Source: Candidatus Gottesmanbacteria bacterium (GTDB lineage Bacteria > Patescibacteriota > Microgenomatia > 2-02-FULL-39-11). Taken from it: a stretch of 64,000 nt of DNA. The notes under the pieces were generated by a model. The model did not search any database. It had not been told where the DNA came from and was given only the letters and a program-made list of their open reading frames with translations. Made by a program: the position numbers and the translations under genes. Positions 9,239-18,449 of the stretch are shown in pieces. The stretch covers positions 861,892 through 925,891 of the forward strand of contig JACPKY010000002.1 in the NCBI GenBank assembly GCA_016186795.1, read 5' to 3'. Every line of letters starts with the position of its first letter. The stretch's first letter is position 1.

Positions 9239-9550
9239 CTATTTGCTAGTTAAAGCTTCAATAATCATTTCTTTTGGTGGATAATCATATGTTTTTCCAT
9301 GATAGAAATATGGTCTACAGGAACTGACCGAATACGATTTCACATTTCTTGCCATCGGATCAACATCTATCCCATCAATAAGAATCGATGGAGAACCGTT
9401 GAACTTATACGCTTTTGCCTGGCCTTCTGTATCTATCAATATAACCTCGTACTTAGCCGCCAGTCCCTTCGTTTTCAACGCCTCTTCCAGAATAGAGAGA
9501 CTTTCTTTCCAAGCATGACAATCTGCCGTATGAAGAAGTTGTATTTTCAT
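9239..9550 (-). CDS. DUF2703 family thioredoxin-like small protein
   Basis: 103 aa; pattern MKIxxLxxxDC...FNGSPSILIDGIDVDP...SCRPY matches DUF2703 consensus (FxGSPxIxIxGxDxDP...CRxY). Confidence 0.55.
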   Translation of the reverse strand: MKIQLLHTADCHAWKESLSILEEALKTKGLAAKYEVILIDTEGQAKAYKFNGSPSILIDGIDVDPMARNVKSYSVSSCRPYFYHGKTYDYPPKEMIIEALTSK

Positions 9551-9559
9551 ATGTCTATA

Positions 9560-9811
9560 TTACTTCAATCCTAAAGCCTGATCAATTTTCTCTTTATCAA
9601 ATCCAAGTATTTTTACCTCTACACCATCATCTTTTGTAATATGGGTACAAGGCACACCCATTGAACCGCATGTATCAATAAAAGTCTGCATCTGGTCAGG
9701 ATTTTGATCAATGAGTACATCTTCAAACGGGATGTTTTTTTCCGTAAGATATGACTTAAGCATTTTGCAATACGGACATGTTGTAGTCGAATAGATCTTT
9801 ATTTTTGCCAT
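9560..9811 (-). CDS. Glutaredoxin/NrdH-like redoxin
   Basis: 83 aa; CPYC active site in YSTTTCPYCKMLK. Confidence 0.8.
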   Translation of the reverse strand: MAKIKIYSTTTCPYCKMLKSYLTEKNIPFEDVLIDQNPDQMQTFIDTCGSMGVPCTHITKDDGVEVKILGFDKEKIDQALGLK

Positions 9812-9838
9812 AATATCACCTCCTATCTTAATTTATCA

Positions 9839-11497
9839 TTAATAAATCTCTGTATCCGGATGAAATGCCGCCCAAGCAAACCAGAATAGACGAATAGGAA
9901 TAATCTCCTCTCCTGTTGCTGTGTTGGTCACTGCAATTTCGCCATTTGTTTGTTTTTCCAGCGTGACTGGAGTACCTCTAATCGTGTCAGAGATCCTGTG
10001 ATTTTTTTCAAAAACATCTTCAGGATAAGCCTTGGATGCGTCTCCAAGCTCAACTCCGTAAACCACTGACTTTATATGTAAACTTCTGTTTAAATCTTTG
10101 ACGCCGAAAAGGAGCTTTTCATCCTCTTCATACGCACCATAGGGATACTGGTCGTAATTTCTGGAAAAGCCGGTGTTTCGGGAGAGTACTTGAGTATCAG
10201 GGTATTCTTCCTTCCACTGGCTCCAATCAACGGTAATGATAGGAACTTTGACTAGTTTCTCATTACGCCGTGCCGCAGGTCCCACAATTGCTTCTCCTGT
10301 AATTTGTTGCCAAAGATTTCCTTCATACCGGTCATACATCACTAAATCACTATTATGCAGTTTTCCTGACACACCAAACTCCGTAATGATACCGTCTACT
10401 TTTCGTTCAAAAGCAAGAGCTGACCCGCATAGAGGACAGAAAGTAATCGCTACTGGATTACCATTTATATTGTCATTTACAATTTCGTGCCAATTTAAGA
10501 TTTTTTGAGGATAGGCTCTGATGATTGATTGAAAATTTAAGGCAAAAACCCGATCATCCGGCGCAAGCCACGTATCAGCATCCTGAGCAGTTTCAAATTT
10601 GGGATTGTTTATTGAAGGAATGCAGTCTTTGCCGAAACAACCCTGCAGTAAATCTTCTTTTGCTACTTTGGCTCCGGAAAAATCATCCTGTAAAATGACA
10701 TCTTTGACAACTGTTTGCCCGGGACTTGCTTTTTGCATACTGTTTTTTCCTCTCAATTGCGAAAGCTGTGAGTCGACATTGACAATTTTTTCGAATGTTG
10801 TGGCAATTTGAGTCCAAGACTGCGGCAGATTTGAAAGTGTCCATGCTTGCAAGCTTCGGTCAGCTCCTGTCCAGATAAACAGAGCGGTAGCCATAATCAC
10901 CAGTCCGAAGACTTGACGGATTTTCAGGTTTTCTTTTTTGAAAAAGGTCAATCTCTGCGAAACAGAACTTCCCCCTTTGGCAATAAAATAGAGGGGTACA
11001 CCTGTTCCTAAAGCATAAGCCAGGGTAATAAATACAGTTGATAGTGAAAAGGAACTCACAGCAGCCAACGTTGCCACTGCCGCTACAACCGGTCCAATAC
11101 ACGGAGTCCAGACGATTCCGAGACTTGCTCCGGTAATAACTCCTCCTGCAAATCCATTATTTTTGCCTTGGGAGGGTTGAAAATGCCAGTGTGTTTCTAT
11201 AAAATACTGTATTTTTTCCCAAACTGCCGGGAATACCAGGCTTGCGCCAAATATGATAAGAAGGGCAACAGCAAGAAGTCTCACTGCATCAGCAGACATA
11301 CCCAATACCCGAACAAGAGTAGCAAGCAAAAGTGAGGCTATCGTAAAACTAAGAACCAGTCCTGCGATAAGCCCTTTGATTCTTTTGCCGTTTCCATCGA
11401 TACCGCTTGCTAAAACTATAGGCAAAATAGGCAAAACACAGGGTGAAAAGACGGTCAAAACACCTGATATGAAAGCAATGGGAATAAGCAGTAACAT
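9839..11497 (-). CDS. Fusion protein: CcdA/DsbD-type transmembrane thiol-disulfide transporter domain + C-terminal DUF3179 domain
   Basis: N-terminal 6-TM region with conserved Cys in TM1 (FSPCVLPILP) and TM4 (WTPCIGPV); C-terminal 300 aa with RAYP...HEIVNDNINGNPVAITFCPLCGS...GVSGKLHNSDLVMYDR pattern of DUF3179. Confidence 0.6.
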   Translation of the reverse strand: MLLLIPIAFISGVLTVFSPCVLPILPIVLASGIDGNGKRIKGLIAGLVLSFTIASLLLATLVRVLGMSADAVRLLAVALLIIFGASLVFPAVWEKIQYFIETHWHFQPSQGKNNGFAGGVITGASLGIVWTPCIGPVVAAVATLAAVSSFSLSTVFITLAYALGTGVPLYFIAKGGSSVSQRLTFFKKENLKIRQVFGLVIMATALFIWTGADRSLQAWTLSNLPQSWTQIATTFEKIVNVDSQLSQLRGKNSMQKASPGQTVVKDVILQDDFSGAKVAKEDLLQGCFGKDCIPSINNPKFETAQDADTWLAPDDRVFALNFQSIIRAYPQKILNWHEIVNDNINGNPVAITFCPLCGSALAFERKVDGIITEFGVSGKLHNSDLVMYDRYEGNLWQQITGEAIVGPAARRNEKLVKVPIITVDWSQWKEEYPDTQVLSRNTGFSRNYDQYPYGAYEEDEKLLFGVKDLNRSLHIKSVVYGVELGDASKAYPEDVFEKNHRISDTIRGTPVTLEKQTNGEIAVTNTATGEEIIPIRLFWFAWAAFHPDTEIY

Positions 11498-11500
11498 ATA

Positions 11501-11947
11501 TTATGTTGCCTCCACTTCCTGAAAAAGCAAATCAAGATTACCTCCGATCCACCTTTTTATCTCATTTCCCTTTTTATCCAAAACAATCAGAGTATGTTGC
11601 TGAGTTACTCTATAATTCGACTTCATTTCGCTATCATTGTCATAGTCAACTTTCAAAATAGTCAAATCTGCCGGGATTTCTCCAATACGCTGGCGTATCT
11701 CTTTGTCCAGCTCCGAACAGGTTTGGCACCACGTTGTTGCTGCAAAGAATAAAACAGTTTTTCCGAATTTTTGGGAATGCACTTTGTTTGTGTCTGAATA
11801 ATCCAAATAAGCTATCCTATTTATCAGTTGTTGTCGATCAGACCAAGTCAGGCTGGGATCCGCATTTTTAAGTGCGTCTTTAAGGAAAATAAAGCCAGCA
11901 GATATACCAAGTACTGATAAAATAATAAATATATTGAACGGTTTCAT
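11501..11947 (-). CDS. Membrane-anchored thioredoxin-like protein (WCxxC)
   Basis: 148 aa; N-terminal TM; TWCQTC active site. Confidence 0.7.
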   Translation of the reverse strand: MKPFNIFIILSVLGISAGFIFLKDALKNADPSLTWSDRQQLINRIAYLDYSDTNKVHSQKFGKTVLFFAATTWCQTCSELDKEIRQRIGEIPADLTILKVDYDNDSEMKSNYRVTQQHTLIVLDKKGNEIKRWIGGNLDLLFQEVEAT

Positions 11948-12020
11948 AAATATTATCCGATGCTTACCTCATATTAGGAGCACGAGTTTACTATACCTTG
12001 CTCCTAATAATAGACGAGCA

Positions 12021-12497
12021 TCACTTTAGATTGGCAAGGAGTGTCTTTATACCCTCGCCACCACTATTCCATCTGGTTATTTCTTTTCCATCACTATCAA
12101 CTTGAACAAACGTATCCTGCATAGTGATGGCATACTTTTGTTTTAAGTCTTTTGCAGTATCGTAATCTACCTTAAGTATTGTTGCATCGCTTGGGACTTT
12201 CTCAAAGTTGGCTTGAAAATCTTTATCGGCTTGCTGGCAGGACGGACACCATTTGAGAGCAGCAAAAAAAAGAACTGCTCGACCGTTATTTGCCGTTGCT
12301 TTTGCCAGATTATCAGATGAGTAATCTAGATACCGTGATAAAATATTAGTCGCTTTTGAATCCTTTGTATCGACATTTGTGATACTAACTTCAGATGGTT
12401 GTTGTGAGGTGGATGCAGATTGATTTTTGATATAGAAAAATCCTCCTCCCACAACTAGTACTATGAAAGCACCCAAAATGACGTGTTGAGACTTCAT
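12021..12497 (-). CDS. Membrane-anchored thioredoxin-like protein (paralog of 11501..11947)
   Basis: ORF 12021..12578; preferred start MKSQHV at 12497 preceded by AGGAGGTGAT SD; KWCPSC active site; shared C-terminal ILKVDYD block with neighbour. Confidence 0.7.
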   Translation of the reverse strand: MKSQHVILGAFIVLVVGGGFFYIKNQSASTSQQPSEVSITNVDTKDSKATNILSRYLDYSSDNLAKATANNGRAVLFFAALKWCPSCQQADKDFQANFEKVPSDATILKVDYDTAKDLKQKYAITMQDTFVQVDSDGKEITRWNSGGEGIKTLLANLK

Positions 12498-12611
12498 ATG
12501 ATCACCTCCTTTCAAAGAAGATAAATCAAGACAATCGTTACAAACCCGGATCCCTTTCATAACGCGATAATAGATCAATTAAGAATGTAATTCTGTCGTG
12601 AAGGTGACAAA

Positions 12612-13274
12612 TCAAGAAGTCAAAGATTCAAGTTTTGAGGAAGTAAACTGAAGCGACTTTTGTATCCGGGTGATAAGCCCTTTTTTCTCAAGCTGGTTAA
12701 TAATAGTTGTTACCGTCTGGCGGGATATTCCAAGCATTTGTGCAAGCTCCTCATGGGTAAATTTTTCTGATACTTCCATAGAATCATCTGCTTTCTTTTT
12801 CCCCAAACTTAAGAGCAGTTTTACAAGCCTCTGGAATGCACTATCTGTGGCAACAGATGACATACGCTTTTCTACTTTCAAGAGACGGTAAAACAGTTGT
12901 TTCATAAGTTTCTCTGATAGTTCCGGATACTGACTTATCATCGTAAAAAACCTGTCCTTTTGAAGTGAGCAGACATATGAATTCGTTGTTGCTTCAACAA
13001 ATGTTTCACCTTCACCTTCTGTTCCCAGATCGCCGAATATACTTCCGGGAAGGAGTCGTTCAATGATAACTTTTTTGCCAGAAGGACTCAGCTGATAGAG
13101 CTCCACCTGTCCTGTTTTTACAATAAAAACCTTATCTTTATCTCCTGGTTCAAATATAACCTCACGTCTCCCATATTCTTTCATAAAAATGAGAGATTCT
13201 ATTTGTACTAGTTTCTCTTTTGTAAGTTCCTTGAATAAATCAAGTTGCTGGATATACCAGAGTTTTTTAGTCAT
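12612..13274 (-). CDS. Crp/Fnr family transcriptional regulator
   Basis: 220 aa; cNMP-binding domain and HTH ELAQMLGISRQTVTTIINQLEKKG. Confidence 0.75.
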   Translation of the reverse strand: MTKKLWYIQQLDLFKELTKEKLVQIESLIFMKEYGRREVIFEPGDKDKVFIVKTGQVELYQLSPSGKKVIIERLLPGSIFGDLGTEGEGETFVEATTNSYVCSLQKDRFFTMISQYPELSEKLMKQLFYRLLKVEKRMSSVATDSAFQRLVKLLLSLGKKKADDSMEVSEKFTHEELAQMLGISRQTVTTIINQLEKKGLITRIQKSLQFTSSKLESLTS

Positions 13275-13372
13275 TGGACAATTGTATCATCCAGCTATTA
13301 GTGAAGTTAAGGGTTCTTAAAGTGGTAAAAAGACTTAACAGTCGTGCATTGTTTTTCAACTATAGTATATTT

Positions 13373-13461
13373 GCGGAAGGGGAGGGATTCGAACCCTCGA
13401 GGACGTTTCCGCCCTACTGACTTTCCAGGTCAGCGCCATAAACCAGCTAGGCGACCCTTCC
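13373..13461 (-). tRNA. tRNA-Ser (anticodon GGA), type II
   Basis: Minus read GGAAGGG..anticodon stem CTGAC-CTGGAAA-GTCAG, long variable arm, T-arm GAGGG-TTCGAAT-CCCTC, acceptor CCCTTCC+G. Confidence 0.75.
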
Positions 13462-13462
13462 A

Positions 13463-14053
13463 TCACTCGTTTTTATATTTTCTATGAATTTTCTCCCGCT
13501 CCCTTTTCCACCAATCTTGACTTGAAGTCGTCATTATATCACGATAGAACTTCTTTGAGCTGGCAAGACGCAGTCTTTCACTATTCCCATCCAACCACTC
13601 CTTTGCATGTGTATTTCCTTTTTCCACCAGTGTCTTAAGATACAAACAAAGAGCCAAAACGTCAGCATCGTGGACGACCTTTGATTCAATACTTCCCTTT
13701 TTTTCAAAATCTTTCAAAAGGGTCACTATTGTCTGACGAAACGAAATATTTCCTACTGCATCGGTAAGAGCTTTTTTTGAGTCTGCATGAATATAGAGAT
13801 CTGAAAGTTTATATACATCTCCAATCCTTGTTTCTGAAAAATCATGGAAAAGAGCCAAAAGGAGTACCTTTTCTCTATTAGCACGCTCTTTATCAGCAAG
13901 GACAAGACTTATCATACAGACCATAAATGTATGATCTGCAAGCGATTCTTTCCCGTCTCCGAGAATTTGCCAGCCTGTTCGTTGAAGACGCGTAAGTGAT
14001 AGGGCTTCGAAAAGAAAATTGACATTTTCCTTTATTGACTGTGATTTCTTCAT
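13463..14053 (-). CDS. HD-domain hydrolase, YfbR-like 5'-deoxynucleotidase family
   Basis: 196 aa; H..HD motif (LALFHDFSETRIGD) and upstream His (LADHTFMV) matching YfbR pattern. Confidence 0.65.
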   Translation of the reverse strand: MKKSQSIKENVNFLFEALSLTRLQRTGWQILGDGKESLADHTFMVCMISLVLADKERANREKVLLLALFHDFSETRIGDVYKLSDLYIHADSKKALTDAVGNISFRQTIVTLLKDFEKKGSIESKVVHDADVLALCLYLKTLVEKGNTHAKEWLDGNSERLRLASSKKFYRDIMTTSSQDWWKREREKIHRKYKNE

Positions 14054-14139
14054 AATAAGGTTCTCGAGAGGTATTCCCGCCTTTGGCGGGGAAGCGATTA
14101 AGCGACCTGTAAATTTTCCTCTGAGAAAAATTTATGACT

Positions 14140-14216
14140 GCGGGACGTAAAAAAATTCTGAAGGAATTTTAACGTCCCAGCAACGTTGAAATCGCAAAGC
14201 GATTTCTTACGTTGCG
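14140..14216. repeat. tRNA-trailing hairpin element copy A (gcgggacgtaa...aacgtcccagcaacgttgaaat...atttcttacgttgcg)
   Basis: About 80% identical to 19331..19408; nested inverted repeats gggacgt/acgtccc and gcaacgt/acgttgc; abuts 3' end of tRNA-Arg(CCG). Confidence 0.6.
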
Positions 14217-14288
14217 CGCCCGAGAGGACTTGAACCTCCAACCGCAAGATCCGGAATCTTGTGCTCTATCCAGTTAAGCTACGGGCGC
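14215..14288 (-). tRNA. tRNA-Arg (anticodon CCG)
   Basis: Minus read GCGCCCGTAGCTTAACGGATAGAGCA-CAAGA-TTCCGGA-TCTTG..T-arm GGAGG-TTCAAGT-CCTCT, acceptor CGGGCGC+G. Confidence 0.75.
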
Positions 14289-14716
14289 AAACTGTTAAAT
14301 ATTTTCAGCGCTTCCTTAAAGGCATTTTTGTCTGATTTATACGATAACCTCTTCTCTACCTCCTCTGTAGGTATCCACGACACAGCTGACATCTCATGAT
14401 CATGATCTTTGATATCTCCCGAAACATATTCCATCAGAAAATAATAAACAGTCTTAAATCTTTTATCTCCTTTCCAGACATACCAATAGGTAGCTGGATT
14501 CCCCAATTTGATGATAATTTGCCCTTCAACCCCAGTTTCCTCTTTCACTTCCCGCACTGCTGTCTCCTCACTTTTTTCTCCCTTAATATTGTCGCCTATT
14601 AAACCTTTGGGAAAGACCCAACCTTTGTGCTGAGAATGCTGACAGACGAGCCAAAAAACGTTTTTTGTTTTCTGTTTTTTAAAAACAATTCCACCTGCTG
14701 AAAATTCTCTGGTCAT
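14279..14716 (-). CDS. NUDIX hydrolase
   Basis: 145 aa; Nudix box GWVFPKGLIGDNIKGEKSEETAVREVKEETGVEG (GX5EX7REUXEEXGU). Confidence 0.8.
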   Translation of the reverse strand: MTREFSAGGIVFKKQKTKNVFWLVCQHSQHKGWVFPKGLIGDNIKGEKSEETAVREVKEETGVEGQIIIKLGNPATYWYVWKGDKRFKTVYYFLMEYVSGDIKDHDHEMSAVSWIPTEEVEKRLSYKSDKNAFKEALKIFNSLRP

Positions 14717-14719
14717 ACT

Positions 14720-15763
14720 TTAATGTATGTTCACAATTTCTTTTACATCTTTAATGAATTCTGAAATATCCAGAAAAAAATTTGGATACGCGCGTCTCAA
14801 TATAGCTAGTGGCCCGGCAGATACTAAAACTGGTTCAATTTTTTTACCTTTCACTGCTTCAGCTTCTACATCGCCATAATCTTGGATTGCTTTTTCAAGC
14901 TTCTCTCGATTATATGGTATGATTTGAACCGTTTTCTCAAAGGAATTCAGTATAATTAGATGGTATGACCACCCTTCGCCTTTTTTATTAATTTCTTTTA
15001 CGGCAGTATAGAAACCACCCATTTTTTCCAAAGCACCAATTTTTTTTTCTATTTGAGTTACCAATTGGAAAATTTCATCTTTCTTTTTGCCCTGATGACG
15101 TGGTAAAACATTAGTTTTTTCAATACTTGCAAATGCAGAAGAAACAGTAGCAAAAAAATCCAACCATTCTTTATCTCCCTGGCGCGACTTTAATGCTTGC
15201 CCAAGGAAAGTACCCATTGTTTCAACAGCTGTTGCCCATGTATGTTGTAATTTAGTCCTTACTTGTAGTTCTATCCTTAACCCGTTGTACTCGGGTGCAT
15301 TACGATTGCTATATTTGTACATTAGATGGATACTTCTATACCCATCTATATCTCTTGGTTCTTTAATATAGTCCTTTTGGTTATATAATTCATGTGGAAG
15401 GCGCTTATTATTTTTATAATCCGTGACTAGTTTATAAACATCATCTATTGTTCCTAATACTGCACGGACACCACCTATATCTTGCATCGTTGTTAGTTGC
15501 ATACTAGGTTCTCGCCCCAATTTATCAATTATAGTTGGCATACGTTTGAGTCGTTGCGCAACGATTGGATCATTAGGATACGAACGAACTTTTGTTCTGA
15601 GTGTGGCCTGAAATGTATTAATTGGATAAGAATGACATGCACGCCATTTTTCAGCTATTTTCAGAGCGTTCGCAAATTCGGAAAAATTGGGACCTTTTCG
15701 AAGAACTAGTCCAGCTTTATTGATTTGTGCCTTTGAAATATCAGGTACTTGTGCAAAAGCCAT
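14720..15763 (-). CDS. RelA/SpoT-domain small alarmone synthetase-like nucleotidyl(pyrophospho)transferase with ~150-aa C-terminal extension
   Basis: 347 aa; synthetase blocks MQDIGGVRAV, KDYIKEPRDIDGYRSIHLMY, ELQVRTKLQHTWATAVE align with RelQ/RelP MQDIAGLRI, RDYIAEHKESGYRSYHLVV, EIQIRTLAMNFWATIEH; no hydrolase (HD) domain. Confidence 0.7.
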   Translation of the reverse strand: MAFAQVPDISKAQINKAGLVLRKGPNFSEFANALKIAEKWRACHSYPINTFQATLRTKVRSYPNDPIVAQRLKRMPTIIDKLGREPSMQLTTMQDIGGVRAVLGTIDDVYKLVTDYKNNKRLPHELYNQKDYIKEPRDIDGYRSIHLMYKYSNRNAPEYNGLRIELQVRTKLQHTWATAVETMGTFLGQALKSRQGDKEWLDFFATVSSAFASIEKTNVLPRHQGKKKDEIFQLVTQIEKKIGALEKMGGFYTAVKEINKKGEGWSYHLIILNSFEKTVQIIPYNREKLEKAIQDYGDVEAEAVKGKKIEPVLVSAGPLAILRRAYPNFFLDISEFIKDVKEIVNIH

Positions 15764-15811
15764 ATTAAAGTTTCTATGAAAAAATAAAACACATTAAATA
15801 TTGTTTAAGTG

Positions 15812-15899
15812 CGGAGGGGGCGAGATTCGAACTCGCGTGAGTCTTGCGACTCCCAAGGTTTTCGAGACCTGGCTGATCAACCTCTCCAAGCACCCCTCC
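15812..15899 (-). tRNA. tRNA-Ser (anticodon CGA), type II
   Basis: Minus read GGAGGGG..anticodon stem AGGT-CTCGAAA-ACCT, long variable arm, T-arm GCGAG-TTCGAAT-CTCGC, acceptor CCCCTCC+G. Confidence 0.7.
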
Positions 15900-15905
15900 A
15901 ATTTG

Positions 15906-15977
15906 CGCGCCCACCCAGAATCGAACTGGGATCAGTTGCTCCGCAAGCAACTACTCTATCCGTTAAGCTATGGGCGC
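15906..15977 (-). tRNA. tRNA-Arg (anticodon GCG)
   Basis: Minus read GCGCCCA-TAGCTTAACGGATAGAGTA-GTTGC-TTGCGGA-GCAAC..T-arm CCCAG-TTCGATT-CTGGG, acceptor TGGGCGC+G. Confidence 0.75.
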
Positions 15978-16042
15978 AACGGAATAAATGTCGTAGCTTC
16001 GTATTATAGTATGGAAAATGGGATTTCTCCACTTGGCAGACA

Positions 16043-16576
16043 TTACACTGTTGTCTCAAGAGGGAATTTTTTCGAAAGCCAGTGGGAAAACGAATCTGTC
16101 CAGCTTTTGGGGGGCTTTTCCATATAGAGAAGGTATTTCCCAATCACATCTTTTATTTTCTGTTCGGATACATCACCTAGTACAGCTCTCACTTGTGCAG
16201 GGAAAGCTAACCGAGTCTGGATGACAAGCATCTTCGATCCCCATTTTTCCTCAAACCAGAAAGCATAACATTGACCCCAGTGGATAAGTTTCTCTGCTTG
16301 CTCAAATCCAAGAGGAGTCACCTTATGACTGACCTCAATCGGTTCAACCGTTGATGTAACATAGACAACAAACGCAATCGAGAGAATAACTCCGATAAGC
16401 ATAAACTCATGGAGGAAAAAGACAATAACAACAAGAAGGAATGTAATTGCGGCAACCGTTTGATAAAATACTTTGTTCCTCTTTTTAAACGGATGTGATG
16501 GACTTTTCCAGGAAAGTAGAATCTCGTTAAGATTCTCCGTAGGGATAGGAGATGAAGATTTTGTAGGTGTGGCCAT
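16043..16576 (-). CDS. Hypothetical membrane protein (2 TM)
   Basis: 177 aa ORF with two adjacent hydrophobic helices; no motif recognised. Confidence 0.45.
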   Translation of the reverse strand: MATPTKSSSPIPTENLNEILLSWKSPSHPFKKRNKVFYQTVAAITFLLVVIVFFLHEFMLIGVILSIAFVVYVTSTVEPIEVSHKVTPLGFEQAEKLIHWGQCYAFWFEEKWGSKMLVIQTRLAFPAQVRAVLGDVSEQKIKDVIGKYLLYMEKPPKSWTDSFSHWLSKKFPLETTV

Positions 16577-16733
16577 AGGCAGCTGATACTTCCATTATAT
16601 GAAACAATGAAACGAAAATAAAGAACCGGACTTCTCAAAAAACTCCCTCGAGATTCAACCTTATATTATCACCATGATACAGCCACGTATGCAAGACACC
16701 AAGAAATAAATTCTGTGATGTATACTAAGAAAC

Positions 16734-17720
16734 ATGAACGCCTCTATTATTACAGAACTTGGAAATGCTGCAGCATTTCAATCTCGTTCGGTTGAGACTC
16801 CACAACCGAAAAAAGATGACGTTTTGATAAAAGTTCTCTTCTGCGGAGTGAATCACTTAGACGTCTTAATCCGCCAGGGAAAACGCCCAGGGCCAAAAAT
16901 CTTTCCTCATGTTTTGGGTTCAGAAATTGTAGGAAAAATAGATGGCGAAACTGTCTGTGTATACCCATGGACCTTTTGTGGAAAATGTAAGCAATGTAGA
17001 GAGGGTAATGAAAATATTTGTGACCATGGTGGAACTCTTGGAAGAACTCAATGGGGTGGATACGCAGAATATGTGGCCGTACCTGCAAAAAATATTGTAA
17101 AACTGCCAAAAGGAATTGATCCAATAGAAGCAGCATCGATACTTCTTGCCGGAACAACAGCATATCATCTTATCAAGCGTGCCGGTGTCAAACCAAAAAG
17201 TACCGTCCTTGTAACAGGTGCTACCGGTGGCGTCGGAACAGTCGTTTTGCAACTTTTAAAAAACTTCAAATGCCGTATTATCTGTGCAACATCCCACCCA
17301 GAGAAAAAAGTAAAATTACAATCGATGGGAATAGAAAATGTTGTTTCTACAAAGAGTTTGGTTGAAGACGTTCACTCTCTCTTTCCCCAAGGGATTGAAT
17401 ATGCAATCGATATTGTCGGAGGCACAATATGGTCGAAAGCGCTTGAAGCTCTTGCGAAAAAAGGTACGCTTGTCTTTTGCTCAACATCACGTGATGAACC
17501 GGGGATTGTTCCCATTGCAAAAGCATTCAATAGAGAACTTACTATCTTGGGTTCATACGGCGGAACAATAAAAGACATGGAGTCAATTCTTACGCTTGTA
17601 TCTCAAAAAGTGATCGTGCCAATCGTTGATTCTGTATTCCCATTATCAGAAGCACAAAAAGCACACGAACGAATTGAAAACCAAGCTGTTTTTGGGAAAA
17701 TCCTGTTACAAACTACGTAA
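16734..17720 (+). CDS. Zinc-binding alcohol dehydrogenase / quinone oxidoreductase family (MDR superfamily)
   Basis: 328 aa; GVNHLDV N-terminal motif, GATGGVG Rossmann motif. Confidence 0.75.
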   Translation: MNASIITELGNAAAFQSRSVETPQPKKDDVLIKVLFCGVNHLDVLIRQGKRPGPKIFPHVLGSEIVGKIDGETVCVYPWTFCGKCKQCREGNENICDHGGTLGRTQWGGYAEYVAVPAKNIVKLPKGIDPIEAASILLAGTTAYHLIKRAGVKPKSTVLVTGATGGVGTVVLQLLKNFKCRIICATSHPEKKVKLQSMGIENVVSTKSLVEDVHSLFPQGIEYAIDIVGGTIWSKALEALAKKGTLVFCSTSRDEPGIVPIAKAFNRELTILGSYGGTIKDMESILTLVSQKVIVPIVDSVFPLSEAQKAHERIENQAVFGKILLQTT

Positions 17721-17723
17721 ACA

Positions 17724-18374
17724 TTAACATCCGAGTTCTCCAACACGACACGGGGTCAATGTATCTTTTATTTTCGGCTTACCGGGATCTTTACCAGAAA
17801 CAATGTAATCCTTTCCCTCGGTTAGCGTCTCACTATCATGGTTCCAAAGATTCCAGAAGTAACGCCATTCGTTCCACCCTATATTAAGATGTTTCACAAA
17901 TATTCCGTTTTCGGCAAGAAGCTTTCCAATTTTTCTGCCGGTCATACACGGCATACTATAGCAGTAAACGATAATATCTTTCTCTTTGGAGAGTGCACGA
18001 AACTGTTGGATAATTCGATCCTTCTCTTCACGCTCTGTATCAACAGAAATAGAAGTATTCGGATCTTTGTAAGTTGGAATATTTATTGCGCCGATGACGT
18101 GCTCTTTCTCGTACTCTAGACTACTTCGAAGATCAACAAGAATAAAATCACTCACTCCTTGATCCATCTTCTTACGAACCGTATGGGGGCTTACATGGAC
18201 TGCGTTTTCCGTAAGATAATAATCTCTGATGAGATCTTCCTTTGATGGATTTTGGGATCGCATAAGACTATATGTTGTAACGCTTCCAACAAGCGCGCCG
18301 ATAATTGAACAAAGGATGATTATTACCAGACTACGTGATACAGCTATCTTTAGTATTTTATTAGGTTTTTTCAT
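17724..18374 (-). CDS. Rhodanese-domain sulfurtransferase with N-terminal TM
   Basis: 216 aa; rhodanese pattern ILVDLRSSLEYEKEHVIGAINIP and active-site Cys loop IIVYCYSMPCMTGR. Confidence 0.65.
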   Translation of the reverse strand: MKKPNKILKIAVSRSLVIIILCSIIGALVGSVTTYSLMRSQNPSKEDLIRDYYLTENAVHVSPHTVRKKMDQGVSDFILVDLRSSLEYEKEHVIGAINIPTYKDPNTSISVDTEREEKDRIIQQFRALSKEKDIIVYCYSMPCMTGRKIGKLLAENGIFVKHLNIGWNEWRYFWNLWNHDSETLTEGKDYIVSGKDPGKPKIKDTLTPCRVGELGC

Positions 18375-18449
18375 ATTAGTCTAATACGTAGTGGATGATT
18401 CTACCAGTTATTCCCTGTTATTACAAAATAATACGGGTTATAAGCTGAA

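Noticed and set aside
16318-16638. 106-aa minus ORF overlapping the 177-aa membrane protein gene 16043..16576
   Set aside because: It lies in an alternative frame of a better ORF and has no features. It is likely spurious.
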